Below the pieces are notes generated by a model. It had not been told where the DNA came from and searched no databases. It saw nothing but the letters and a program-made list of their open reading frames with translations. The translations under genes and the position numbers were made by a program. A stretch of 64,000 nucleotides of DNA from Caulobacteraceae bacterium (GTDB lineage: Bacteria > Pseudomonadota > Alphaproteobacteria > Caulobacterales > Caulobacteraceae), in contig JBIIZD010000002.1 in assembly GCA_044346445.1 (NCBI GenBank), positions 549 through 64,548 on the forward strand, written 5' to 3'. Positions 27,094 to 36,679 of this stretch are shown here, one piece after another (within the stretch, counting starts at the first letter, position 1; the number at the start of each line of letters is the position of its first letter).

Positions 27094-29103
27094 TTGAGTG
27101 CGCTAGATCAGGTCAAGCCCGATCCTTCTGAGGGCCTGTTAACCGACCAGGCCAAGGCCCTGCTGCAATCTGGTGATCCGGCAGCGGCGACCGATCGGGT
27201 CATGCAAAGACTGACCGATCACCCCAATGATCCCGAAGCACTTTATGTGCTGGCCGTATGCCAGCGTTTCCAATCCAAGAGTTCCGAGGCGCTCGAAACC
27301 CTGGACCGGCTTCTTGTTGCCAAGCCCGGTTTTGGCCGCGCGTTTCAAGAGCAGGGCTATTGCTTTCGCAGCCTAGGCCGGATGGACGATGCCTTCATTG
27401 CGTTCAAGCGCGCCGTCGCGGGCAATCTGGCGCTTATTGCCAGCTGGAAGCTGGTTGCAGACCTGAATGCCAAGGCCGGTCGTTTGCAAGAGGCGGACAT
27501 GGCCCAGGCCCAGTTTGAATGGCTGTCCTCGCTGCCGCGCGAACTGGTCAGTGTTTTGAGTTTCCTGCATGAGGGCAAGGTCTATAAGTCCGAGCAATTG
27601 TGTCGCAGCTATTTGCAAACCCATGGCCATGATGTTGAGGCCATGCGCCTCTTGGCCGAGTTGGGCACGCGCTTTCATGCTCTGGACGATGCCGAATTTC
27701 TGCTCGAAAGCTGTATTGCGCTAAGGCCCGACTATCTGATGGGCCGGTATGACTATGTGCGGGTCCTGAACCGCCGCCAAAAGTTTGAGCAGGCCGTCGC
27801 GGAGGCCAAGGCCTTGTGGCAGTTGGCCCCGGATAATCCGCATTTTCAGCTCCTGCTCGGCCATCAGTACATGGCCATTGGCGACTTTGATGCGGCGCTG
27901 GCCATCTATGAAGCTATGAGCCTGGCCCTGCCCAATGATGCCAATATTGGCCTGATGCGCGGCCACGCGCTCAAGACGGTCGGCCTTCAGGACGATGCCA
28001 TCGCCTCCTACCGCCGGGCCTATGCGCTAAAGCCGGACTATGGCGACGCGTTTTGGAGCCTTGCCAATCTCAAGACCTACACGTTCACCGCGGCAGAAAT
28101 CGCGCAGATGCAGGCCAATGAGGCCGCGCGGCACATTAGCACGGTTGACCGCTATCATCTGTGCTTTGCCTTGGGCAAGGCGCTGGAGGATCGCGGCGAT
28201 TATGCGCAGTCGTTTGCCTATTATGATCGCGGCAATAGCCTAAAGCGCGACGAGATGAATTATAGCGCCGAGCGGATGCATGGCGATCTCGCCGCACAAA
28301 AGCAGTTTTGCGGTCCAGAGCTTTTTGCTGCCAAGGCGGGAAGCGGTTGTGCTGCGCCCGATCCGATCTTCGTGGTTGGCCTGCCCCGCGCGGGTTCGAC
28401 CCTGCTCGAACAGATCTTGGCCTCGCATTCGCAAGTCGAAGGCACGCTTGAGCTTCCCAACATACTGGCCCTGGCGCACAAGCTCGATGGCGGCCGCCGC
28501 GTGGAAGACGAAGCCATCTACCCGGCCAATCTCGATGAATTGTCCGCCGACGCGCTCAAGGCGTTTGGCGAGGCGTTTATGCGCGATACCGCTATTCATC
28601 GCAAATCCGGCACGCCGTTTTTCATCGACAAGATGCCCAACAATTTTCGGCATATTGGTCTGATCCATCTGATCTTGCCCAATGCCAAGATTATTGATGC
28701 GCGGCGCGATGCTATGGCCTGCTGCTTTTCCGGCTTTAAGCAATTATTCGCTGAGGGCCAGGAATTCACCTATGGCCTGGAAGAGGTCGGCCGCTATTAC
28801 CGCGACTATGTCGATCTGATGGATCACTGGGACCGTGTCTTGCCGGGCAAGGTGTTGCGGGTTCAGTATGAATCCGTTGTTGCGGATCTGGATACTCAGG
28901 TTCGCCGAATTCTCGACTATTGTGGCCTAGATTTCGAAGAGTCGTGTGTCAATTTTCATCAAAATAATCGCGCTGTGCGTACCGCCAGTTCTGAACAAGT
29001 ACGTCAACCTATTTTCACGTCGGGTCTTGATCAGTGGGAAAATTTCTCGCCCTATCTGAATCCGCTTCGTGATGTTCTAGGCCATCAATTGGTTTCAATC
29101 TAA
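27094..29103 (+). CDS. TPR repeat-containing sulfotransferase family protein
   Basis: The N-terminal ~400 aa are TPR-like repeats. The C-terminus has the sulfotransferase PAPS-binding motifs (GLPRAGSTLLEQIL; IIDARRDAMACCFS). The start is uncertain: TTG 27094 with GGAGA 6 nt upstream is preferred over TTG 27028. Confidence 0.8.
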   Translation: MSALDQVKPDPSEGLLTDQAKALLQSGDPAAATDRVMQRLTDHPNDPEALYVLAVCQRFQSKSSEALETLDRLLVAKPGFGRAFQEQGYCFRSLGRMDDAFIAFKRAVAGNLALIASWKLVADLNAKAGRLQEADMAQAQFEWLSSLPRELVSVLSFLHEGKVYKSEQLCRSYLQTHGHDVEAMRLLAELGTRFHALDDAEFLLESCIALRPDYLMGRYDYVRVLNRRQKFEQAVAEAKALWQLAPDNPHFQLLLGHQYMAIGDFDAALAIYEAMSLALPNDANIGLMRGHALKTVGLQDDAIASYRRAYALKPDYGDAFWSLANLKTYTFTAAEIAQMQANEAARHISTVDRYHLCFALGKALEDRGDYAQSFAYYDRGNSLKRDEMNYSAERMHGDLAAQKQFCGPELFAAKAGSGCAAPDPIFVVGLPRAGSTLLEQILASHSQVEGTLELPNILALAHKLDGGRRVEDEAIYPANLDELSADALKAFGEAFMRDTAIHRKSGTPFFIDKMPNNFRHIGLIHLILPNAKIIDARRDAMACCFSGFKQLFAEGQEFTYGLEEVGRYYRDYVDLMDHWDRVLPGKVLRVQYESVVADLDTQVRRILDYCGLDFEESCVNFHQNNRAVRTASSEQVRQPIFTSGLDQWENFSPYLNPLRDVLGHQLVSI

Positions 29104-29113
29104 GGAAACAATA

Positions 29114-30415
29114 ATGACAATAACGGCCAATGTTGAAGACGAAACTGCACCCGGCATTTTCCATCGCTGGTATGTTCTGATCATCATGATGTTTGCCTAT
29201 ACGATCAATATTGCTGATCGTTATGTGATGTCCACAGTGCTGGAGCCGATCCGACTGGAGCTTAAGCTCACGGATACGGGTGTTGGCATCTTGACCGGTG
29301 TGTCGCTGGCCTTGTTTTATGTCACCATGGGCATTCCCTTGTCCTGGATTGCCGACCGCTATAATCGGCGCAACCTCTTGGCTATTTCGATCACAGTCTG
29401 GTCAGCCATGACCACGTTTTGCGGCCTCTCGACCAATTACATCCAGCTATTGCTCGCCCGTATTGGCGTTGGCATTGGCGAGGCGGGTGGCACGCCGGCC
29501 TGTAATGCGATTGTCAGCGACTATTTTCCGGCGGCACGGCGACCCATGGCCATGACCATTTTTGCGCTTGGTGCGCCCATCGGGGCCTGGATAGGTGCGG
29601 ACATGGCCGGTTATGTCGCCAATCGTTATGGCTGGCACGCAGCCTTTCTGGTCCTGGGCATTCCTGGTATTCTTTTGGCCGCCTTGATTATGCTGACCAT
29701 TAAGGAGCCAAGGCGCGGGCGACTGGATGCGGTCTCGACCGAAGACACGCCAAGCCTGTTGACGACCTTGGCCTTCTTTTTCAAGCAAAAAGCCGCCTTC
29801 CATGTGATTATGGGCAGTGGTGTTTCGGCCCTGTGGGGCTGGGGCCTGATGTGGTTCACGCCAACCTTTCTCCAGCGCACCTATAATCTGAATGTCGGTG
29901 AGGCTGGCGCAGTCGTTGGACCCATCTATCTGGTCATGGGCATATCCGCCTCACTGTTCACGGCCTGGCTCTTGTCGCGGCCTTCGTTTGTCGATCCACG
30001 CCGGATTGTGAAACTCTTGTCCATTGTCACGGCAGTGGCCACCATCCCCTCGATCATCGCCTATTGGACCCATTCCCTGCCTCTGGCCACCGCCATGCTG
30101 TGGGTGTTCATCCCGGCCATCTATTTCTATATTGGCCCAGCCTTCGCGCTGGGTCAGAATTTGGCCCCGCCCAAGATGCGGGCCATGTTTTCGGCCATTG
30201 CGCTCTTGATCGCCAATGTCTTCAATCTGATTGTCGCGCCATCGGGCGTGGGCTGGCTGAGCGATCATTTTGCAGGCCCAGCGGGCGCGGATGCGGTCTC
30301 GCTGCGCTCAGCCTTGCTGGTCCTGGCCCCGACCGGATTTTGGGCCGCTTGGCACTATTGGATGGCGGCGCGCACCATAGTCGAAGACCAAAAGACGGCC
30401 ATAGGCCAGGTTTGA
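29114..30415 (+). CDS. MFS transporter (paralog of 55783-57117)
   Basis: 433 aa and about 12 TM segments. Shares D(R)..ADRYNRR / ARIGVGIGEAGGTP motifs with the second MFS gene. Confidence 0.85.
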   Translation: MTITANVEDETAPGIFHRWYVLIIMMFAYTINIADRYVMSTVLEPIRLELKLTDTGVGILTGVSLALFYVTMGIPLSWIADRYNRRNLLAISITVWSAMTTFCGLSTNYIQLLLARIGVGIGEAGGTPACNAIVSDYFPAARRPMAMTIFALGAPIGAWIGADMAGYVANRYGWHAAFLVLGIPGILLAALIMLTIKEPRRGRLDAVSTEDTPSLLTTLAFFFKQKAAFHVIMGSGVSALWGWGLMWFTPTFLQRTYNLNVGEAGAVVGPIYLVMGISASLFTAWLLSRPSFVDPRRIVKLLSIVTAVATIPSIIAYWTHSLPLATAMLWVFIPAIYFYIGPAFALGQNLAPPKMRAMFSAIALLIANVFNLIVAPSGVGWLSDHFAGPAGADAVSLRSALLVLAPTGFWAAWHYWMAARTIVEDQKTAIGQV

Positions 30416-30456
30416 CCGGCGGCCCTCTACCCCCTGACCCTGTAGCGCCTAGAGGC

Positions 30457-31911
30457 ATGAGTGTGACTGTGACTGTGACTGTGACTGTGTTGAAAGCCTA
30501 TATTGACGGCCAGTGGGTCTTGCCCCGCAGTGGCAAACACAGGCTTGATGTGATCAATCCGGCGACCGAGCAATCGGTGGCCAGCCTCGCCGTCTGCGAA
30601 GCCGATGACGTGGATCTGGCTGTGGCTGCTGCGCGCCGGGCGTTTGAGGTCTATGGCCTGAGCCCCCTGGACGAGCGCATTGCGCTGGTGCGCAAGCTGA
30701 TTGCCATATTCGAGCGGCGCTATGATGAAATGGTGGCGGCGATCTCGATCGAGATGGGCGCGCCGCACGATCTGTCGCGCAATTCCCAGGCCGCCTGTGG
30801 TCCGGGGCATCTGGACGCCACCATTATCGCAGCCCAGGCCCTGACCTGGGAGCGGGACATGGGCGGCAATGCGGCCCTGATGCTGGAGCCCATCGGGGTC
30901 TGCGTCCTGATCACGCCTTGGAACTGGCCGATCAATCAGTTGGCGGCCAAGATTGGCCCAGCCTTGGTGGCCGGTTGCACGATTGTGCTCAAGCCCAGCG
31001 AGGTGGCCCCGCTTTCAGCCCAGCTGTTTGCTGAATTTATCGATGAGGCAGGCTTTGCGCCCGGCGTGTTCAATATGGTGCATGGCACCGGGGCCTCGGT
31101 CGGCACCGCCCTGACCAGCCACCCTGATGTCGATATGGTCTCCTTCACAGGCTCCACCCGGGCCGGGATTCAGGTCGCCCATGCGGCTGCCGATACGGTC
31201 AAGCGGGTGTCGCAAGAGCTTGGCGGCAAGTCGCCCAATATTGTGTTTGCCGATAGCGGGCTTGAGGCGGCGGTGACGCGCGGTGTCCTGCACTGTTTCA
31301 ACAATACCGGCCAGTCCTGCAATGCCCCGACCCGGATGCTGGTCGAGGCCAGTGTCTATGAACAGGCCGTTGCCATTGCCGCCAAGGTCGCCGCCGGGGT
31401 GACGCTTGGCGATCCGATGCAGCCTGGCCCGCATCTAGGCCCCGTGGTCAGCAAGCTGCAATATGACAAGATTCAGGCCCTGATCCAGGTTGGCATTGAT
31501 GAGGGCGCGCGTCTGGTTGCGGGCGGCCTTGGCAAGCCAAAGGGCCTTGAGACCGGCTATTATGTCCAGCCGACCATTTTTGCTGGCGTCCATAACCAGA
31601 TGACCATTGCCCGCGAGGAGATTTTCGGCCCCGTCCTTTGCATCATCCCGTTCACGGATGCCGACGAGGCGATTGAGATTGCCAATGACACCCCGTTTGG
31701 CCTGGCCGCCTATGTCCAGTGCGCTGACAAGGACACAGCGCGCTATGTCATTCGCCGCCTGCGCGCTGGCAGTGTGCATTTGAACGGCGCGGGCCAGGAC
31801 TATTGCTCACCGTTTGGCGGCTATAAGCAGTCCGGCAATGGCCGCGAATGGGGCGAATTTGGCCTGCACGACTATCTGGAATACAAGGCCGTCAACGGCT
31901 ATTACGCTTAG
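30457..31911 (+). CDS. NAD(P)-dependent aldehyde dehydrogenase
   Basis: ATG 30457 (MSVTVTVTVTVLKAYIDGQWV..). Catalytic motifs ELGGKSP and NTGQSCNAPTR. The longer ORF from 30064 overlaps the MFS gene and is not family-like. Confidence 0.9.
   Translation: MSVTVTVTVTVLKAYIDGQWVLPRSGKHRLDVINPATEQSVASLAVCEADDVDLAVAAARRAFEVYGLSPLDERIALVRKLIAIFERRYDEMVAAISIEMGAPHDLSRNSQAACGPGHLDATIIAAQALTWERDMGGNAALMLEPIGVCVLITPWNWPINQLAAKIGPALVAGCTIVLKPSEVAPLSAQLFAEFIDEAGFAPGVFNMVHGTGASVGTALTSHPDVDMVSFTGSTRAGIQVAHAAADTVKRVSQELGGKSPNIVFADSGLEAAVTRGVLHCFNNTGQSCNAPTRMLVEASVYEQAVAIAAKVAAGVTLGDPMQPGPHLGPVVSKLQYDKIQALIQVGIDEGARLVAGGLGKPKGLETGYYVQPTIFAGVHNQMTIAREEIFGPVLCIIPFTDADEAIEIANDTPFGLAAYVQCADKDTARYVIRRLRAGSVHLNGAGQDYCSPFGGYKQSGNGREWGEFGLHDYLEYKAVNGYYA
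30461..30489 (+). repeat. in-frame hexanucleotide microsatellite (GTGACT)x4 plus partial units
   Basis: gtGTGACTGTGACTGTGACTGTGACTgtg, encoding (VT)4V at codons 3-11 of the aldehyde dehydrogenase. Confidence 0.95.
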
Positions 31912-31922
31912 GGGCCGGGCCG

Positions 31923-33110
31923 ATGAAACTCACCGATATCAAGACCTTTGTCGTTGGCAATCCGCCGCCGCATTTTGGCGGGCGCTATTTTGTCTTCGTC
32001 AAGCTGACCACGGACAGCAATGTTTCGGGCATTGGCGAGGCCTATTGCGTGCCGTTCTCGCCGCATCTGGTCGCCAAGATGATCGAGGATGTGTTTGAGC
32101 GCTATGTGCGCGGCTGTGACCCGCACGATATTGAGGTCATGTGGCGCCGGGTCTATTCGTCCGGCTTTACCCAGCATCCCGACCTGTCCTTGATGGGCGT
32201 CTTGAGTGCGCTGGAAATGGCCTGCTGGGACATTATCGGCAAGGAGGCCAATAAGCCGGTCTATAAGCTGCTCGGCGGTCAGGTGCATGAGCGGCTGCGA
32301 TCCTACACATACATCTATCCGCGTCCCGGCGATAAGACCGATGTCTATCACGACCCCGATCTGGCCGCCGAGCGAGCGCAGGAATATCTGGGCCGCGGCT
32401 ATACGGCGCTGAAATTTGATCCGGCTGGGCCCTATAGCGCCTTTGATGGTCGCCAATTATCGCTAGAGGCGCTGGACCTGTCCGAGCGCTTTGCCAAGAC
32501 CATGCGCGAGGCGGTTGGCACCAAGGCCGACCTCTTGTTTGGCACCCATGGCCAGATGACCGCCGCCGGGGCCATTCGTCTGGCCAAGCGGCTCGAGCCC
32601 TATGACCCCCTATGGCTCGAAGAACCCATTCCGCCAGATGCCCCCGACGAAATGGCCAAGGTGGCGCGGGCAACCAGTATTCCTGTCGCCACGGGCGAGC
32701 GCCTGACCACCAAATACGATTTCCACCGGCTGTTGCAGGCGGGAGCGGCCTCTATTTTGCAAATGAATCTGGGCCGGGTTGGCGGTATATTGGAAGCCAA
32801 AAAGATTGCTGGCATGGCCGAGGCCTATCACGCCCAGATCGCGCCGCACCTCTATTGCGGCCCGATTGTCGGGGCCGCCAATATCCAGATCGCCACCTGC
32901 TCGCCCAACTTCCTGATCCTGGAAAGTATTGAATACTGGCAAGGCTTCCATGCTGACATCTTGATGAAGCCGGTTCAGTGGCAAGATGGCTATGTCATCC
33001 CCTCTGCCGAGCCGGGTCTTGGCGTTGAGCTGAATGAGGCGGTGGCCCTGGCCAATCCCTATACCGGCCACATGCTGCATCTGGACATGACGGGGCATCC
33101 GGTCGTTTGA
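31923..33110 (+). CDS. enolase-superfamily enzyme (mandelate racemase / acid-sugar dehydratase-like)
   Basis: ATG 31923 (MKLTDIKTFVVGNPPPHFGGRYFVFVKLTTDSNVSGIGEAY). Metal-ligand region ..LWLEEP.. and ..ATGERL... Confidence 0.85.
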   Translation: MKLTDIKTFVVGNPPPHFGGRYFVFVKLTTDSNVSGIGEAYCVPFSPHLVAKMIEDVFERYVRGCDPHDIEVMWRRVYSSGFTQHPDLSLMGVLSALEMACWDIIGKEANKPVYKLLGGQVHERLRSYTYIYPRPGDKTDVYHDPDLAAERAQEYLGRGYTALKFDPAGPYSAFDGRQLSLEALDLSERFAKTMREAVGTKADLLFGTHGQMTAAGAIRLAKRLEPYDPLWLEEPIPPDAPDEMAKVARATSIPVATGERLTTKYDFHRLLQAGAASILQMNLGRVGGILEAKKIAGMAEAYHAQIAPHLYCGPIVGAANIQIATCSPNFLILESIEYWQGFHADILMKPVQWQDGYVIPSAEPGLGVELNEAVALANPYTGHMLHLDMTGHPVV

Positions 33111-34732
33111 TGGACAGTTTTGATTATGTGATTGTCGGGGCAGGCACCGCTGGCTGTGTCGTGGCCAGCCGCCTGTCTGAGGACGGCAAGGCCAATGTCC
33201 TGGTGCTGGAAGCGGGCGGCACCGACCGCACGGTCTGGATCCAATTGCCGATCGGCTATGGCCGCACCTTCTTCGACCGGTCGATCAACTGGATGTATGA
33301 CACGCAGGTCGAGTCCAATCTGGCTGGCCGCACCAGCTATTGGCCGCGCGGCAAGGTGATTGGTGGCTCTGGCTCGATCAATGCCATGGTCTATGTCCGG
33401 GGACGGCCCGAAGACTTCGAAGACTGGAAGGCCATGGGCAATAGCGGTTGGGGCTGGGACGATGTCCTGCCCTATTTTCGCAAGTCCGAGGATCATGATG
33501 GCGGCGAGACCAGCCATCACGGCAAGGGCGGCCCGATCCATGTCACCGATATTTCCAAGCGCGCCCATCCGATCTGCCAGACCTTTATCGAGACGGCCAA
33601 GGGGCTGGGCTATGCCTATACGCCCGACTTTAACGGCCCGTCTGGCGAGGGCGTCGGCATTTATCAGATCAATACCGATAAGGGCTTTCGTGCCTCCAGC
33701 GCCAATGCCTTTTTGCGCCCGGCCCTGCGCCGCAAAAACCTGACCCTGCGCGCCAAGGCTCAGGTCACGCGCATCCTGTTTGAAGGCAAGACCGCTGTCG
33801 GTCTTGAATACCGCCAAGGCGGCAAGCTGCACGCGGTGCGGGCCAGGCGCGAGGTGATCTTGTGCGGCGGCACGATCAATTCGCCGCAATTATTGCAGGT
33901 TTCCGGCATTGGCGACGGCGCCTTGCTGCGCGGTCTTGGCATACCGGTCGTGCATGACGCCCGGGCTGTGGGCCAGAACCTGCAAGACCATCTGGCTGTG
34001 TCTTATTTCTACAAGTGCAGCGTCCCAACCTTGAATGACCAGCTTGGCCCCTGGCATGGCAAGGTCAAGGCGGGCCTGCACTATCTGCTCAATCGCGGCG
34101 GCCCCTTATCCATGAGCGTCAACCAAGGCGGCGGCTTTTTGCGCTCTAGCCCCGATAAGACCCGCCCCGACCTACAGCTCTATTTCAGCCCGGTCAGCTA
34201 TACCCAGACCTCGCTGGCCAAGCGTGAACTGCTTAATCCCGATCCATTTTCGGCGTTTTTGCTGTCGTTTAATGCTTGCCGTCCGACCAGCCGTGGCCAT
34301 CTGGCCATTACCTCGCCGGACCCGTCCGTCTATCCCTCGATCAAACCCAATTATTTATCGACCGATAAGGATGTCAGCGACGCTGTGATTGGCAATCGGC
34401 TCTTGCGCACCATAGCCGCCAGCGCGCCCCTGTCCGATATCATCACCGAAGAACTGGTGCCGGGCACCCATCTGAAGACCGATCAGGAACTGCTCGACGA
34501 TTTTCGCAAGCGCGCCGATACGGTCTATCATCCGGTTGGCACCTGTATGATGGGCCTTGATCCGGCCCTGTCGGTGGTTGATGCGCGGCTCAAGGTGCAC
34601 GGGATCGCGCGCTTGCGAATTATTGACGCTTCGATCTTTCCGACCGTCACATCCGGCAATACCAATGCCCCGACGGTCATGGTGGCGGAAAAGGGCGCGG
34701 CCATGGTGCTGGAAGATGCGCATCTGACCTAG
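33110..34732 (+). CDS. GMC family oxidoreductase (choline dehydrogenase-like)
   Basis: N-terminal FAD fold DYVIVGAGTAGCVVASRLSED, GGSGSINAMVY, and C-terminal HPVGTCMMG. The ATG overlaps the upstream TGA (TGATG). Confidence 0.9.
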   Translation: MDSFDYVIVGAGTAGCVVASRLSEDGKANVLVLEAGGTDRTVWIQLPIGYGRTFFDRSINWMYDTQVESNLAGRTSYWPRGKVIGGSGSINAMVYVRGRPEDFEDWKAMGNSGWGWDDVLPYFRKSEDHDGGETSHHGKGGPIHVTDISKRAHPICQTFIETAKGLGYAYTPDFNGPSGEGVGIYQINTDKGFRASSANAFLRPALRRKNLTLRAKAQVTRILFEGKTAVGLEYRQGGKLHAVRARREVILCGGTINSPQLLQVSGIGDGALLRGLGIPVVHDARAVGQNLQDHLAVSYFYKCSVPTLNDQLGPWHGKVKAGLHYLLNRGGPLSMSVNQGGGFLRSSPDKTRPDLQLYFSPVSYTQTSLAKRELLNPDPFSAFLLSFNACRPTSRGHLAITSPDPSVYPSIKPNYLSTDKDVSDAVIGNRLLRTIAASAPLSDIITEELVPGTHLKTDQELLDDFRKRADTVYHPVGTCMMGLDPALSVVDARLKVHGIARLRIIDASIFPTVTSGNTNAPTVMVAEKGAAMVLEDAHLT

Positions 34733-34823
34733 GGGGCTAGCCTTGTCTGACCGGGCCGCTAATGTGGCCTTGTATCCAATCTGATCCCCGGCAAGCGCCG
34801 CTCCAAATCAATAAGGCAGTCCC

Positions 34824-35816
34824 ATGACATTCAAGGCATTGGTGGTTCACAAATCCGATGACGGCGCGATCCGGTCTGGCATTGAAACCTTAGACGATTG
34901 CGCCCTGCCGCAGGGCAATGTCACGGTTGAGGTCGAATATTCCACCGTCAATTATAAGGATGGCCTGTGCATGGGCGGTCAGGGCCGTCTGGTGCGTAAT
35001 TATCCACATGTTCCGGGCATTGATTTTGCGGGCACGGTCAGCCAGTCCAGCGATGAGCGTTATAAGGTCGGTGACGCGGTTGTCCTGACCGGCTGGCGGG
35101 TGGGCGAGACCCATTGGGGCGGCTATGCCACCAAGACAAGGCTCAATGCCGATTGGCTGGTGCCACTCCCTGCGGGTCTCAGCGCGCGCAATGCCATGGC
35201 CATTGGCACGGCGGGCTTTACCGCCATATTGAGCGTCATGGCGCTCGAAGATCACGGCCTGACGCCCGACAAGGGCGAGGTCCTGGTTACGGGCGCAGCG
35301 GGCGGGGTTGGCTCGGTCGCCACCGCCATCCTTGCGCATCTCGGCTATAAGGTGGTCTGCGTCACCGGCCGGGCCGAGGCGGCCGATTATCTGACCAGTC
35401 TGGGCGCTAGCCGCATAATTAGCCGTGAGGATCTGTCGACCCTGTCAAAGGCGCCGCTGGAGTCCGAGACCTGGGCGGGCTGTATTGATGCGGTTGGCGG
35501 TCATATGCTGGCGCGGGTGCTGGGCCAGATGAAATATGGCGCGTCCGTCGCCTCGGTTGGCCTGGCGGGCGGCGCAGAACTGCCCACCACTGTGTTGCCC
35601 TTCCTTTTGCGCGGCGTGAACCTTTTGGGTATTGAATCGGTTATGCAGCCCTATGCCAACCGCCTGCGCGCCTGGGAACGGATCGCAAAAGACCTGCCTA
35701 TGGACCTGCTGGAAAAAATGATCACCCCGATCACCCTAGCCGACCTGCCCAAGGCCGGGGACGATATCCTCAAGGGTCAGGTCCAAGGCCGCCTGGTCGT
35801 GGATATGAAGGCTTAA
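34824..35816 (+). CDS. MDR-family quinone oxidoreductase (YhdH/AcuI-like)
   Basis: 330 aa. NYKDGL and VLVTGAAGGVGS motifs typical of the YhdH/acrylyl-CoA reductase subgroup. Confidence 0.8.
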   Translation: MTFKALVVHKSDDGAIRSGIETLDDCALPQGNVTVEVEYSTVNYKDGLCMGGQGRLVRNYPHVPGIDFAGTVSQSSDERYKVGDAVVLTGWRVGETHWGGYATKTRLNADWLVPLPAGLSARNAMAIGTAGFTAILSVMALEDHGLTPDKGEVLVTGAAGGVGSVATAILAHLGYKVVCVTGRAEAADYLTSLGASRIISREDLSTLSKAPLESETWAGCIDAVGGHMLARVLGQMKYGASVASVGLAGGAELPTTVLPFLLRGVNLLGIESVMQPYANRLRAWERIAKDLPMDLLEKMITPITLADLPKAGDDILKGQVQGRLVVDMKA

Positions 35817-35839
35817 AGCGGGTTGGCGACGGGCGGGAC

Positions 35840-36259
35840 CTATCCCGCCCAAGGGTTTAAGACGCGCGCGCCGGTCTTGGCAAAATCGGCCAGATTGCGC
35901 GTGACCACGGTCAGATTATGGGTAAGGGCCGTCGCTGCAATCAGGGCGTCGCGCTCTGACCTTGGGTCTGGCACATGCAGGCGCGCGCAGGTCTTGGCAA
36001 TGGCAGACGTCACCGGCAAGGTTTGCTCTGCAAAGGTGGGCAGGACCTGGCCATCCAGCCATTGCCGCAGCATCTTCGCTTGAGGCCCGTCGCGCCGTTC
36101 GATCTGCAAGACGCCCAATTCCAGCTCCAAGACCGTAATCGCCGAGATATAGAGCTGGCTTGTCTCAATCGTCTGCGCCCAGGCGACCAGATTGGCATCG
36201 GCCTTGCCAGAGGCGGCCTTGCGCAGTTCTGAGACCACATTGGTGTCGAGCAAAAACAT
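35840..36259 (-). CDS. vapC: type II toxin, PIN-domain ribonuclease VapC
   Basis: 139 aa. MFLLDTNVVSE (N-terminal acidic PIN residue) and ..ATALTHNLTVVTRNLADF. The start overlaps the upstream antitoxin stop. Confidence 0.85.
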   Translation of the reverse strand: MFLLDTNVVSELRKAASGKADANLVAWAQTIETSQLYISAITVLELELGVLQIERRDGPQAKMLRQWLDGQVLPTFAEQTLPVTSAIAKTCARLHVPDPRSERDALIAATALTHNLTVVTRNLADFAKTGARVLNPWAG

Positions 36260-36513
36260 CAGGCCAGTTCGGCCGCGCGGCTTTCAATCCTGGCCTTGGG
36301 CGGATCAAATTCTAGATCCCCGCCTTCGGGCATGGCCAAGAGGTCAGCTATTCTAGGCTGGCCACCAATCAGGCGCTGATAGTCCTCCATGCTCAGCAAG
36401 ACATGGGCAGGACGGCCACGGTCGGTAATAAAGACCGGGCCAAGCTGGGCGGCCCGCTTGGCACCGCTGGCGTCTTGATTGAAGGCCCGGCTTGATAGGG
36501 TGGTGATGGTCAT
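36259..36513 (-). CDS. type II antitoxin (Phd/YefM-like) partner of VapC
   Basis: 84 aa from MTITTLSSRAFNQD..GPVFITDRGRPAHVLLSMEDYQRL. There is a 1-4 nt overlap with vapC. The ORF track start at 36531 is also possible. Confidence 0.8.
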   Translation of the reverse strand: MTITTLSSRAFNQDASGAKRAAQLGPVFITDRGRPAHVLLSMEDYQRLIGGQPRIADLLAMPEGGDLEFDPPKARIESRAAELA

Positions 36514-36679
36514 GCCCTTGGTCCATGGCAAAGTGTTATAGGCACGTTACTACAATGGCTCAACGGTTTCAATGCCAAGGCCATGCGACCCACGCGAGCC
36601 CAATCCGTAAAATTTATTTACCGATAGCCAAGACTGCTGTTAAGCTTTTCATCAGGCTGACCAGTGGCGAGACCTAGTT

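Noticed and set aside
30064-30456. N-terminal 131-codon extension of the aldehyde dehydrogenase ORF
   Set aside because: It overlaps the 3' third of the MFS transporter gene in another frame, and its translation is Arg/Pro/Gly-rich nonsense. An internal ATG at 30457 gives a canonical ALDH N-terminus.
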